DNA of 64,000 nt from a candidate division WOR-1 bacterium RIFCSPHIGHO2_01_FULL_53_15 (GCA_001772335.1 METM01000024.1:307-64306); one strand, 5' to 3'; shown: positions 50,823 through 60,446, counted from the stretch's first letter. The notes: generated by a model not told the origin, from the letters alone. Numbers and translations are program-made.

Positions 50823-52046
50823 ATGTTAAACGGAAAAACAATTATTCTTGGCGTCACGGGCGGCATTGCCGCTTATAAAGCTTGCGAGCTTGTGTCCCGG
50901 CTGAAGAAGCTTAATGCCGATGTCCGGGTGGTGATGACCAAAGAGGCGACCAAGTTGATCGGGCCGATAACCCTGCGCACTTTGTCGGGCAACCCGGTCG
51001 TGACCGATCTTTTTACCGACGAGCCAGCCGACCTGCCTGTCCCGCATATTGCCCTCGCCCAAAAAGCCGACTTGATCATCATCGCTCCCTGCACCGCCAA
51101 TATCATCGGCAAGCTCGCGGGCGGCATCGCCGACGACGCTTTGACCACCATTGTCATGGCCTCGCCCGCAAAAAAGTTGATCGCGCCGGCGATGAACTGC
51201 GAGATGTGGCGTAATCCTGTCGTCCAGGATAACATTGCGAAGTTAGGCGTTCGGAGTTTTGAGTTCGTAGGCCCCGAAGAAGGGATGCTAGCCTGCGGCG
51301 TGGAAGACATCGGCAAAATGTCCAAGCCGCGCGCGATCGTCAAGGCGGCGATAAAACTATTAGGTGAAAACAAAGAAACCCTAACCCCTGACCTGCACGG
51401 GCAGAAAGTGCTGATCACGGCCGGCGGGACGCGCGAGGCGATCGACCCAATTCGCTTTATCGGCAACCGCTCGTCTGGAAAGATGGGCTATGCTTTGGCC
51501 GCAGCGGCGCGCCGGAGAGGGGCGGACGTTACCCTTGTTTCGGGGCCGACGCAGGCAGCGGCGCCGGAGGGTGTCACGGTTATTAGCGTTGAGGATGCCA
51601 AAGGCATGCGCGAAGCGGTGCTGGCCAACCGGCCCGGGCAAAATATCATCATTATGGCGGCGGCGGTCGCCGACTACCGGCCGACGATCACCTTCTGGCA
51701 AAAACTTAAGAAAGAGAACGAGGTGTTCGAACTGGAACTCTCCCGGACAGTCGATATCCTGGCGGAGCTCGGCCGGACCAAGAATGGGACCTGCCTGGTC
51801 GGCTTTGCCGCGGAGACCAACGACCATATTGAGAACGCCAGGGCCAAGCTGAGCGAAAAAAACCTCGATCTGATCGTCGTCAACGACGCTTCGGCGATCG
51901 AGCAGGACTCGTCGGAGATCAAACTAATTGATAAGCATGGCAATGTAGAAGAATATCCGATGCAGGCCAAGCCGCAGTCAGCCAATATTATTCTGGATAA
52001 GATCATTTCCCTAATACCCAGATCTCCTGATCCCCGGCTATCCTAA
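50823..52046 (+). CDS. coaBC: Bifunctional phosphopantothenoylcysteine decarboxylase / phosphopantothenate-cysteine ligase
   Basis: ILGVTGGIAAYKA (flavoprotein N-domain), PAMNCEMW and ITAGGTREAIDPIRFIGNRSSGKMG (CoaB). I prefer ATG 50823. Confidence 0.95.
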   Translation: MLNGKTIILGVTGGIAAYKACELVSRLKKLNADVRVVMTKEATKLIGPITLRTLSGNPVVTDLFTDEPADLPVPHIALAQKADLIIIAPCTANIIGKLAGGIADDALTTIVMASPAKKLIAPAMNCEMWRNPVVQDNIAKLGVRSFEFVGPEEGMLACGVEDIGKMSKPRAIVKAAIKLLGENKETLTPDLHGQKVLITAGGTREAIDPIRFIGNRSSGKMGYALAAAARRRGADVTLVSGPTQAAAPEGVTVISVEDAKGMREAVLANRPGQNIIIMAAAVADYRPTITFWQKLKKENEVFELELSRTVDILAELGRTKNGTCLVGFAAETNDHIENARAKLSEKNLDLIVVNDASAIEQDSSEIKLIDKHGNVEEYPMQAKPQSANIILDKIISLIPRSPDPRLS

Positions 52047-52051
52047 CCCAG

Positions 52052-52291
52052 ATGCCGTTCTACGATTATAAGTGTGAGAACTGCGGCCAGGTCAGCGAAG
52101 TGAGGCATGGGATGAGCGAGAAGCCAACGGGTATGAAGTGTGAGGTATGTGGTATGGGGGAGCTAAAAAGAGTTTTTCAGTCGGTTGGCTGGCTCGGTAG
52201 TTCGGTTAGGGAGTCCTCGCATAGTCAAGCTCACAGCGGCGGCGAGTGTTCTTCTTGCAGTTCGGGCGCCTGCGGCAGCTGCGCGCATTAA
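52052..52291 (+). CDS. FmdB-family zinc-ribbon protein
   Basis: MPFYDYKCENCG...CEVCG is the canonical FmdB CxxC...CxxC N-terminus, with a Cys/Ser-rich tail. Confidence 0.8.
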   Translation: MPFYDYKCENCGQVSEVRHGMSEKPTGMKCEVCGMGELKRVFQSVGWLGSSVRESSHSQAHSGGECSSCSSGACGSCAH

Positions 52292-52319
52292 TTTATCGCA
52301 ATAAGCGCAATAAGATAGT

Positions 52320-52348
52320 TTGACCTGATTTACCAAACATATTAGTAT
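52320..52348 (+). promoter_or_regulatory. Sigma70-type promoter (TTGACC-N17-TAGTAT) for the 52.4-kb nucleotidyltransferase pair
   Basis: TTGACCtgatttaccaaacatatTAGTAT, ~33 nt upstream of ATG 52382. Confidence 0.5.
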
Positions 52349-52381
52349 ATTAGCCATGTTGTTGGTTAACGGAAATATTTA

Positions 52382-52696
52382 ATGGTTATCAAAAGCATCT
52401 TAAGGGAAGAGCTGGAAAATTCTTCGCGTCTGAAGCAAGAATATGAGCGGGCCTTGAAAAAACTGCCGCAGGGCGCCCTGGTCTCAAAGACGATCAATGG
52501 CCACAAATATTATTATCTGGTGAGAAGGGCGGGCAGGAAAGTGAAGTATGAATATAAAGGGAAGGTGTCGGGGGCGGTAAAGAGAAAGTACGAGGAAGCG
52601 AAGAAACTGCGCGCCAAATATATCGGCCTGCTGGCCAGAGTGAAGAAACAGATCGCCTTTTTAAGGAGCGCTTTGCGTGGAAAAGAAGAAATATGA
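52382..52696 (+). CDS. 104-aa basic helical protein, probable antitoxin-like partner
   Basis: Small Lys/Arg-rich ORF overlapping the downstream NTase-fold gene by 20 nt. I recognise no family. Confidence 0.5.
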   Translation: MVIKSILREELENSSRLKQEYERALKKLPQGALVSKTINGHKYYYLVRRAGRKVKYEYKGKVSGAVKRKYEEAKKLRAKYIGLLARVKKQIAFLRSALRGKEEI

Positions 52697-53372
52697 GGTT
52701 TGCCTCGAGGTCTTGAGGCGGTTTTCCGAGGCCGGGATATTGGATAATATTATCCTCATCGGCAGCTGGTGCCTCTATTTTTATAAGGAATATTTTACCG
52801 GCGTCTACTTCCCGCCCTCGATCCGGACCAGGGACATGGATTTTCTCGTCCCGCTTCCGCCGCACATGAAAAAGAAAGTTGACGTCGCGGATCTGTTAAA
52901 AGATCTCGGCTTCATCCCCGAATTCGTGAGCTCGCAGGGCTACATACGGCTCGGCCATCCGGAGTTGATCGTTGAATTTTTGGTGCCCGAGCGGGGCAGA
53001 GGCTCGGACAAGCCGTTTCCTCTGCCCCAGATCGGCCTCAATGCTCAGCCGCTGCGTTTCCTGGATTTTTTGGCCAAGAACGTTATTGAGATCAATGTCG
53101 GCCGCCTGCGGGTCCGGCTGCCTCATCCCGTTGCTTTTGCCTTGCATAAGCTCATTATCACCGGCCGGAGAACGAAGCGGGAAAAAGCCGAAAAAGACCG
53201 CGATCAGGCCCTCTCGCTTCTTCATTTTGTCATAAAGCATGACCGGCCGGATAAAATAAGATCGGTTTATGGCTCGATGCCCAAAAAGTGGCGTGATCAG
53301 ATCAGAAAACGACTCGCAGAGTCCGATGAAAAAGAGATAATATCCGTCTTGTCCGGAACTGCAAGGAAATAG
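52677..53372 (+). CDS. Nucleotidyltransferase-fold protein (GSU2403-like family)
   Basis: ILIGSWCLYFY...IRTRDMDFLVP (NTase G-S...D-x-D) followed by HPVAFALHKLI. Size and motifs resemble the GSU2403-type NTase family. GTG start. Confidence 0.55.
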   Translation: MEKKKYEVCLEVLRRFSEAGILDNIILIGSWCLYFYKEYFTGVYFPPSIRTRDMDFLVPLPPHMKKKVDVADLLKDLGFIPEFVSSQGYIRLGHPELIVEFLVPERGRGSDKPFPLPQIGLNAQPLRFLDFLAKNVIEINVGRLRVRLPHPVAFALHKLIITGRRTKREKAEKDRDQALSLLHFVIKHDRPDKIRSVYGSMPKKWRDQIRKRLAESDEKEIISVLSGTARK

Positions 53373-53375
53373 GAC

Positions 53376-55442
53376 ATGTTCGCCGAAATCGTTCTCGCCA
53401 GGGCCTCGCGCGGCATTGATAAACTCTATCACTATTCAATTCCGGAAGAACTGCGCCAAAAAATAAAGATCGGCCAGCAGGTGCGCGTCCCTTTCGGTTT
53501 CCGCAGCGAGATCGGCTATGTCGCCGGCTTTGTCGAACAGGCCGAAGTCAGCAAAGTCAAAGACATTCTTGAGATAACTTCTGAATTGCCGCTTTTTACC
53601 GAGCAGGCGATCGAACTTGTGAAATGGCTGGCCGACTACTACTCGTCCTTTTTTATTACGGCGTTGAGATTGGTCATGCCGCCTGGGACGAAGGGGAAAG
53701 AGGGAAGAACAAAGAAAGCAGAGAGCAGAAAGCCGAGCGCCGAACGCAGGCAAGAAAAACCCCTGAGTTCGGCTTTCAGTGTTCGGCTTTCTGCTTTCTC
53801 TCTCACTTCCGCCCAACAAAATGCCCTCAACTCTATCTTGCAGGCGATCGGTAACGGCCAGCCCGAAAAATTCCTCCTCTACGGCGTAACCGGCTCCGGC
53901 AAGACAGAAATATATCTCCAGGCGATCGCCGAGATCCTGCGGCGAGGGAAGAGTGCGATCGTCATGGTGCCGGAAATTTCGCTCACGCCACAGCTTGTCC
54001 AGCGGTTCCGCGATCGCTTCCATGACCACGCGGCCGTCCTCCACAGCGACCTGACCTTGAAACAGCGGGACGGGGAGTGGCGGCGGGTGGCGTCGGGCGA
54101 GGCGTCGGTCGTTCTGGGGACGCGGTCGGCTCTCTTTGCTCCGATCAAGAATCTTGGCTTGATCATAATGGATGAAGAATATGAGACGACGTACAAGAAT
54201 GAAAAGAGCCCGCGCTATCACGCCCGCACTGTCGCCCTCAAGCTGGCTGAGATGAACGACGCGATCGTCATCATGGGCTCGGCCACGCCGTCGGTTGAGA
54301 CTTACTATCATAGTTCGGAGCAAGGGAGTTCGGCCGTGCCTGCCGGCAGGCAGGAGTTAGGAGCATACATAAAATTAGTTTTACCAAAACGGATCGATGA
54401 CCGGCCGCTGCCGCCGGTTGAAGTGATCGACATGCGCGCGGAGCTCAAAGCGGGGAACTTCGGCGTCCTGTCGGGTAAATTAAGGGACGAGTTGGAAAAA
54501 ACTCTCGCGAACGGCGAACAGGCGATCCTCTTTATCAACCGTCTCGGCTTCTTTACATTTATTATATGCCGCTCTTGCGGTTATGTGATCGAGTGTCCGC
54601 GCTGTTCGGTTTCACTCGTCTACAGCTCCCATGACAGGCAGATTCGCTGTAATCGCTGCGGCTATTCGGCCGAGACACCGAAGACCTGCCCGCGCTGCAA
54701 CAGCGCCTCGATCAAATATTTCGGCACCGGCACGCAAAGAATCGAGGAAGAAGCGGCCAAAGCTTTTCCCGGGGCCAGGATATTGAGGTACGACCGCGAC
54801 ACGACGGGCAAACGCGGCTCGCACGAGATTTTCTTTTCCACATTCGCGGAGGGGAAGGCCGATCTCCTGATCGGCACGCAGATGGTGACCAAGGGCCTTG
54901 ATGTGGCAAAGGTCACGCTGGTCGGCGTCGTTTCGGCCGACACGGGCCTGCATCTGCCCGACTTTCGCTCGGCCGAGCACACCTTCCAGCTTCTGACGCA
55001 GGTGGCCGGCCGGGCCGGGCGCCATCACCTGCCGGGCAAAGTCATCATCCAAACCTACTCGCCGGACCACTATGTGATCGAGACAGCCGCCGGCCACGAC
55101 TATGAGGCCTTTTATCGGCGGGAGATCGAGCACCGCCGGGAGCTCGGTTATCCGCCGTTTTCACAACTGATCAGCGTTCTCGTTGCCGGGGCCGACCAGA
55201 AAAAAACCGCCGAGATCTCTCAATCAATTGGCGATTTTCTCGGTCGTCGATTAACTGAAGGAGTGTTAGGGCCGGTCATGGCAGTCATCCCGAAACTGCG
55301 CGGCGAGTGGCGCTACAGGATATTGCTCAAAGGCAGCGAATTAGAAGTAATGCGTAATGCGATACGCGAAACGATGGGAAGGATCGTCATCCCCAGGGGC
55401 ATCAAAGCGATCATTGATGTTGAGCCGATGAGTTTGCTTTAG
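53376..55442 (+). CDS. priA: Primosomal protein N' (replication restart helicase PriA)
   Basis: MFAEIVLARASRGIDKLYHYSIP, Walker A GVTGSGKTE, DEEY (DEAH-like), a Cys-rich zinc region (CRSCGYVIECPRCSVSLVYS...CNRCGY...CPRC) and QVAGRAGR. Confidence 0.95.
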   Translation: MFAEIVLARASRGIDKLYHYSIPEELRQKIKIGQQVRVPFGFRSEIGYVAGFVEQAEVSKVKDILEITSELPLFTEQAIELVKWLADYYSSFFITALRLVMPPGTKGKEGRTKKAESRKPSAERRQEKPLSSAFSVRLSAFSLTSAQQNALNSILQAIGNGQPEKFLLYGVTGSGKTEIYLQAIAEILRRGKSAIVMVPEISLTPQLVQRFRDRFHDHAAVLHSDLTLKQRDGEWRRVASGEASVVLGTRSALFAPIKNLGLIIMDEEYETTYKNEKSPRYHARTVALKLAEMNDAIVIMGSATPSVETYYHSSEQGSSAVPAGRQELGAYIKLVLPKRIDDRPLPPVEVIDMRAELKAGNFGVLSGKLRDELEKTLANGEQAILFINRLGFFTFIICRSCGYVIECPRCSVSLVYSSHDRQIRCNRCGYSAETPKTCPRCNSASIKYFGTGTQRIEEEAAKAFPGARILRYDRDTTGKRGSHEIFFSTFAEGKADLLIGTQMVTKGLDVAKVTLVGVVSADTGLHLPDFRSAEHTFQLLTQVAGRAGRHHLPGKVIIQTYSPDHYVIETAAGHDYEAFYRREIEHRRELGYPPFSQLISVLVAGADQKKTAEISQSIGDFLGRRLTEGVLGPVMAVIPKLRGEWRYRILLKGSELEVMRNAIRETMGRIVIPRGIKAIIDVEPMSLL

Positions 55443-55455
55443 TATAATACCTGGT

Positions 55456-55947
55456 ATGCGGCGAAAGATCGTTAAATTTCCCGACCCATTCCTGCGCCGG
55501 CAGGCCAAGCCGGTCAAAAAGGTGACGCCGGAAATCGTCAAACTGATCGACGACATGATCGAAACGATGCACGCGGCGCCCGGCGTGGGACTGGCCGCGC
55601 CGCAGGTCAAAAAATCGCTCCGAGTCATTGTGGCCGATCCGGGCTCCGGCGCCATTGCGCTCGTCAATCCAAAAATCCTCGAGAGCTCCGGCTGTCAGAC
55701 CTTTACCGAGGGTTGTCTTTGCCTGCCGGGAGTTGAGGCGCCGGTTGAGCGCGCCTCGCACGTGAAAATCAAAGGCCATGACCGGGACGGCCAGCCGATC
55801 ACGATCACAACCGACGGTTTTCTGGCCACGATCTTACAGCACGAGGTTGACCACCTCGACGGCATTGTGTTTATCGACCGGGTCAAGGACCCGAGTTTGA
55901 TCAAACACGTTCAGCCAAAGAAGGAAACTAAAGAAGAGTTATTATAA
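55456..55947 (+). CDS. def: Peptide deformylase
   Basis: GVGLAAPQV, EGCLCLPG and HEVDHLDG, the three Def motifs. Confidence 0.95.
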   Translation: MRRKIVKFPDPFLRRQAKPVKKVTPEIVKLIDDMIETMHAAPGVGLAAPQVKKSLRVIVADPGSGAIALVNPKILESSGCQTFTEGCLCLPGVEAPVERASHVKIKGHDRDGQPITITTDGFLATILQHEVDHLDGIVFIDRVKDPSLIKHVQPKKETKEELL

Positions 55948-55960
55948 GGAGGTTTCGGAG

Positions 55961-56290
55961 ATGAAAAGGATAATTTGCGCCGCTTTCTGTTTTCTGATCC
56001 TAACGGCGGTCGGAGGAATGGCCCAGGAGAAGAGCGTCTATACCTATAATTTCCCCAAGCCGCCGGCCGACTGGGGTCCGGCGGTTTCGTTCGGCAACCT
56101 TTCGCCGGGCTTTTTCCAGGTCTTATACCAGAACAAGACGACCGGCGTGGTCAAGATCGCGACTTACGGGATAGTCGGGGCCTCCATGGACAATCTCAAA
56201 GATCCCCAGCTCATGATGGTCTTTTCTTTTGACCAGAAAGCGGGCGCCGCGAAGAAATTCTTACAGGAGAAATTGGCCATCCGTGACTAA
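55961..56290 (+). CDS. Small secreted hypothetical protein
   Basis: Signal peptide MKRIICAAFCFLILTAVGGMAQE. 109 aa. I recognise no family. Confidence 0.55.
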   Translation: MKRIICAAFCFLILTAVGGMAQEKSVYTYNFPKPPADWGPAVSFGNLSPGFFQVLYQNKTTGVVKIATYGIVGASMDNLKDPQLMMVFSFDQKAGAAKKFLQEKLAIRD

Positions 56291-56570
56291 GCGACTCTTA
56301 ATTATTATTGCCGCGCTGGCGGTCCTCGACGGCGTCGGGTTCTCCGCCAAACAAGAGTTCACTTTTGCGCCGCCGCAGTCGACGATCTACTGGCAGCCGC
56401 CGGCCGGTTTTGAGCAGGGCGGGACCTGGTCGCCGCCGCCCGAGTATAAGGGGGAGTTCAAGGCGTGGGAGCCGCCGCCGGGCTTTGAGAAAACACAGCA
56501 GCCATGGTCGCCGCCCTCCGGTTGGCAGGAACAGCAAGATAAATGGTCGCCGCCGACCGAATGGAAATAG
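56283..56570 (+). CDS. Small secreted W-x-P-P repeat protein
   Basis: I prefer GTG 56283 (VTKRLLIIIAALAVLDG signal-like), which overlaps the previous stop. The protein has five W-[QSE]-P-P motifs at ~11-14 aa spacing (WQPPAGF..WSPPPEY..WEPPPGF..WSPPSGW..WSPPTEW). Confidence 0.5.
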   Translation: MTKRLLIIIAALAVLDGVGFSAKQEFTFAPPQSTIYWQPPAGFEQGGTWSPPPEYKGEFKAWEPPPGFEKTQQPWSPPSGWQEQQDKWSPPTEWK

Positions 56571-56573
56571 CTG

Positions 56574-57983
56574 ATGAATAAGAGCGGCCCCGCCGTCGGC
56601 TTTGTCCCCGCGCCCGAGATCGCGGTCCGTTCCGGCCTCATATATTATATTGTAGTTGTCATACTCCTCTTTCTCTCCTGCGCGCTGCTCGGCTGGCTGA
56701 TCCTTGAGCGGCGGCGCAAAGAGCGGCGGCCGGATTTCGTGCCGCGGGAGTCGGCGGTTACCGCCCCGAAAATGCGGCGCTTCCCTTTCTTTACCAAGCT
56801 TCTCCTGCTCTTTATCCTGCTGGCGCTGATCCCGATCACCGCCGCTTCGCTTCTGATGTTCTTTTCGTTCAAAGAAATCATCGATATCTATGTGTACAAA
56901 CCGCTGCTCTTCAACCTTAAAACTTCGCGCGAGGCCTTTCTTGCGGCTTTGAACAATGTCCAGGTCCAGGCGGTCTCATTGATGACGCTGACCGGCCTGC
57001 TGGTCGTGGTAGCGGCCGTGGCCGTTTCCCGCAGTATCGCGGGCTCTCTGCGCAAGGTCTCGCTCGGCATGGAGAAGGTTTCGCGGGGCGATTTTTCTTT
57101 CAAGCTCCTGCCCGACGCAAACGACGAGATCGGCGACATGGTCAATTATTTCAATTCGATGTCGGCCGAAATAAAGCGGGCCCGCGACATCATGGAGAAC
57201 TGGAACCGGGAGCTCGAGGTCAAAGTCGCCGAGCGGACCGAGGACCTGCGCAAGGCCCTGAAACGGTTGACCGAGCTTGACCGCCTCAAGAACGAGTTCG
57301 TTTCCATGGTCTCGCACGAACTGCGCACCCCCGTCACCTCGGCTGACGGCTATATTTCTCTCTTCTTGGCGGGGGTGACCGGGCCGCTCTCCGACGACCA
57401 GAAGAAATATCTGACGATCGTGAAAGAGAACAACCAGCGTCTCCTCACGCTGATTGACCGCCTGCTTGATTTTTCAAAGATCGAGACCGGCCGCTTCAAT
57501 CTCAGGCTCGAGCTGATCTCGATCCACGAGCTTGTGCAATCCGTGGTCGAGATCATGAAGCCGCAGCTGAATAAGCAGGGGGCGGAATTGAAATTGAAGC
57601 TCGAGGCGAAGGGCCCCGGCTTTATGGGCGATCGGGAGAAAATGGGCGGCGCCCTGATCAATATCATCGAGAACGCGCTGAAGTTCTCCAAAGAAGGCGA
57701 GAAACCGGTCATTGAGATCGCGACAAGAAACGACGATAATTTTATTGCCGTGACCGTCTCCGACGACGGCATCGGCATCGCGCAAGAATACCTGGAAACG
57801 ATCTTCGACAAATTCTTCCAGGTCGCCGATACGCTGACCAGAAAAGCGGGGGGCGTCGGGCTTGGCCTGGCGCTGGCCAAAGACGTGATCGAAGCGCATC
57901 ATGGTAAAATATGGGCGGAGTCGGCGGGGCTGGGGCAGGGGTCAAGGTTTGTCTTTCAGGTCCCGGTGGCGGAGAAAATATGA
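56574..57983 (+). CDS. Membrane sensor histidine kinase (TM-HAMP-HisKA-HATPase_c)
   Basis: Two TM segments, a HAMP-like linker, H-box FVSMVSHELRTP, N-box NIIENALKFS and G-boxes DDGIGI / GGVGLGLA. Confidence 0.9.
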   Translation: MNKSGPAVGFVPAPEIAVRSGLIYYIVVVILLFLSCALLGWLILERRRKERRPDFVPRESAVTAPKMRRFPFFTKLLLLFILLALIPITAASLLMFFSFKEIIDIYVYKPLLFNLKTSREAFLAALNNVQVQAVSLMTLTGLLVVVAAVAVSRSIAGSLRKVSLGMEKVSRGDFSFKLLPDANDEIGDMVNYFNSMSAEIKRARDIMENWNRELEVKVAERTEDLRKALKRLTELDRLKNEFVSMVSHELRTPVTSADGYISLFLAGVTGPLSDDQKKYLTIVKENNQRLLTLIDRLLDFSKIETGRFNLRLELISIHELVQSVVEIMKPQLNKQGAELKLKLEAKGPGFMGDREKMGGALINIIENALKFSKEGEKPVIEIATRNDDNFIAVTVSDDGIGIAQEYLETIFDKFFQVADTLTRKAGGVGLGLALAKDVIEAHHGKIWAESAGLGQGSRFVFQVPVAEKI

Positions 57984-58927
57984 GAATCGTCTTTTTCGGC
58001 ACGCCGGAGCCGGCGGCGCAAGTTTTAACAACATTGATCGACGCGAAGCAGGAGATCGCGGGCGTAGTGACCCAGCCGGACCGGCCGGCGGGGCGGGGGC
58101 AAAGGATCGTTTTCTCCGCCGTAAAAGAAGTCGCTCTCAAAGCGGCCCTGCCGCTCGAACAGCCGGAATCGGTCAAAAACAATAACGCTTTCAAAGCGTG
58201 GCTGGAGTCGGTCAAGGCCGATCTCTGCGTTGTTGTCGCCTACGGTAAAATTCTGCCGAAAGATATTCTTGAGATTCCCAAACACGGGTTTATCAATATC
58301 CACGCTTCGCTCCTGCCCAAATACCGCGGCGCGGCGCCAATCCAGTGGGCGCTCTTGAAAGGCGAGAAAGAGAGCGGCGCGACTATTTTTAAATTGGTGG
58401 AACAGCTCGACGCCGGGCCGATCGCGGCGCGGAAAGAAGTCGAGATTACTGAAGATGATAATTACGAGACGCTGTCGAGAAAGATCTTTGCGGCGGCCTG
58501 TCCACTGCTCATCAAGGTTCTCCATGAGATAAAGACCGGCAAAGTCGAATATGTGCCGCAAAATGAAGCCGGCGTGACGCTGGCCCCGTCGTTCGCCAAG
58601 GAGAGCGGCGAGATCGACTGGCGCAAAACGGCGGTCGAGATACACGACAGGATCCGGGCGCTGATCGTCTGGCCGACGGCGCACACATTTTTTCGCGGCA
58701 AGCGGTTGAAGATATTCAGAGCGCGGCCGGTGCCGCTCGATATCTCAACGCGGGAGAAACAGCCGGGGGAGATCATTGAGATCATCAAGCACGAAGGCCT
58801 CCTGGTCGCGACCGGACGGGGAAACCTGCTGTTATTGGAACTCCAGCTCGAGGGGAAAAAGCGGATGAAGGCCGCTGATTTCGTGATCGGCCACGACGTG
58901 AAACCCGGCGAGACCCTGCCGGATTAA
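57980..58927 (+). CDS. fmt: Methionyl-tRNA formyltransferase
   Basis: MRIVFFGTPEPAA, PDRPAGRGQ, NIHASLLPKYRGAAPIQWA. ATG 57980 overlaps the kinase stop (ATGA). Confidence 0.95.
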   Translation: MRIVFFGTPEPAAQVLTTLIDAKQEIAGVVTQPDRPAGRGQRIVFSAVKEVALKAALPLEQPESVKNNNAFKAWLESVKADLCVVVAYGKILPKDILEIPKHGFINIHASLLPKYRGAAPIQWALLKGEKESGATIFKLVEQLDAGPIAARKEVEITEDDNYETLSRKIFAAACPLLIKVLHEIKTGKVEYVPQNEAGVTLAPSFAKESGEIDWRKTAVEIHDRIRALIVWPTAHTFFRGKRLKIFRARPVPLDISTREKQPGEIIEIIKHEGLLVATGRGNLLLLELQLEGKKRMKAADFVIGHDVKPGETLPD

Positions 58928-58929
58928 AC

Positions 58930-60408
58930 CTACCGCGGGCCGACAACGATAGCGTTGCTTACCTTCTGCTCGTAGCCGGTCGCCGGCCGGTTGACGACGG
59001 TGCCGTCGATCCACATGGTGGTCGAGCCGCCGCCGTCCAGATTCATCGCCTCGACCGCCCCCAGGCTGATCATCAAATTCGCCAGCTCTTCGAGGGTTAC
59101 CCCGAGACTGCTCTTATCGCCGCGGGCCGACTTTTCCCTGGGCAGCCCGTCGACCGTGACCAGCAGAAGCTTCCCTTCTTTCGTGACGCCGACCGCCGTG
59201 CGGGCGGCGCGGCCCCTGGCGATATCGGATTTGAATTTTTCTTCGTTCTTTGAAACATAGACGACGCCGTTCTTGAGCAGGCGCGGCCCGCCGCTGACCA
59301 TGTGGCGGATTGGGCCGGGGTTGACGGCGAACGGGATGATCTTGATGTGCAGGTCGATCCTGTCGCCGGCCTTCACGTTGTCGCCGATAAATTGCGCGGC
59401 CGGCCCGCTGATCGAGATGACGTAGCCGTCCTGGGGGATGTTTGAGTTGCCCGGCCGGATCTCTTTGACGACCTGCCCGGCGATGACAAGCTCGACCCCT
59501 TTCTCATCGCTGCCGGTCTGCTCGCCCCAGGCCGGGGTATAGAGGATGATCGCGCTGCCGTCGCGCCCCTGGTTGACGCCGGTGATCTCGTATCTGACGC
59601 CCCGGGCCGTCAGAAAATAACAGTCGATTATGACATTGTCGATATAGGTCTTGCGATCCTCGGCCAAAATGAGCGCTGTCCGATCGTAGATCGGGGTCGA
59701 GACGAGCTCCCGGTCGATCAGGAGCGAGCCAAGGGGTTTGCCGGTGTAGGCGAAATAGGTGCCGTTGACGGCGGCGACGGCGCGCTGTTCCTCGGCGATC
59801 TGGCCGACGCGGGCGCGGAAGAAATGCGGGTCGGCGCCGGTCTCTTTCCAGGGATTAAAAGCGTTGACGAAGGACTCGAGGACATTGGGTTTGTTCTTGC
59901 GGGCAAGCGCTGGATAAACATCGGCTTTGCCCGGATCGATCTTTAAGACATGCGCGTTGACGCGCCCCTTTTCGCTCCCCTTCGAGACGATCAAGTGCTC
60001 GACGCCGTCGATGATCGTGCCGCCCGAGACGACGTTGGTGAAAGCGCGGTCAAAATCGATGACCAGCCGGTCTGGATCGCTCAGGGAAAAAATGTTATAG
60101 GGGACCGGTTCCGCCAGCGGGATCGTGATCTTCAAGCCGGCGTCATCTTTTTCCACCTCAAAATATTTGACGATCATGTCGCTGACGTCGATGTAGTTCT
60201 GGATGTCGGGGCTGGCTTCGGTCTTCTGCAGATGGATGGTGATTTTTTCTTTCGATTCCTCGAGCGCGTAGGTGAAAGCCGAGTCAAAATCAAAGGCGGC
60301 GCGCAGTTTGTCCGGGTAGAAGCCGAGGCGGACCTTGTTGAGCCGCGCCGCCTGGCCGGCCGCGGCAATAAAGAGCGAGAAGATCAATAAAAAAATGATT
60401 TTTTTCAT
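58930..60408 (-). CDS. Secreted AMIN-domain / phosphodiester glycosidase (NAGPA, DUF2233) family protein
   Basis: Signal peptide MKKIIFLLIFSLFIAAAG. The N-terminus is AMIN-like (VRLGFYPDKLRAAFDF...ITIHL...RLVIDF). The C-terminus has AVEAMNLDGGGSTTMW, typical of phosphodiester glycosidases. I prefer ATG 60408. Confidence 0.7.
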   Translation of the reverse strand: MKKIIFLLIFSLFIAAAGQAARLNKVRLGFYPDKLRAAFDFDSAFTYALEESKEKITIHLQKTEASPDIQNYIDVSDMIVKYFEVEKDDAGLKITIPLAEPVPYNIFSLSDPDRLVIDFDRAFTNVVSGGTIIDGVEHLIVSKGSEKGRVNAHVLKIDPGKADVYPALARKNKPNVLESFVNAFNPWKETGADPHFFRARVGQIAEEQRAVAAVNGTYFAYTGKPLGSLLIDRELVSTPIYDRTALILAEDRKTYIDNVIIDCYFLTARGVRYEITGVNQGRDGSAIILYTPAWGEQTGSDEKGVELVIAGQVVKEIRPGNSNIPQDGYVISISGPAAQFIGDNVKAGDRIDLHIKIIPFAVNPGPIRHMVSGGPRLLKNGVVYVSKNEEKFKSDIARGRAARTAVGVTKEGKLLLVTVDGLPREKSARGDKSSLGVTLEELANLMISLGAVEAMNLDGGGSTTMWIDGTVVNRPATGYEQKVSNAIVVGPR

Positions 60409-60446
60409 GTTGAAATGCGAATTCTCCGGTAGTATTATAACACAGG

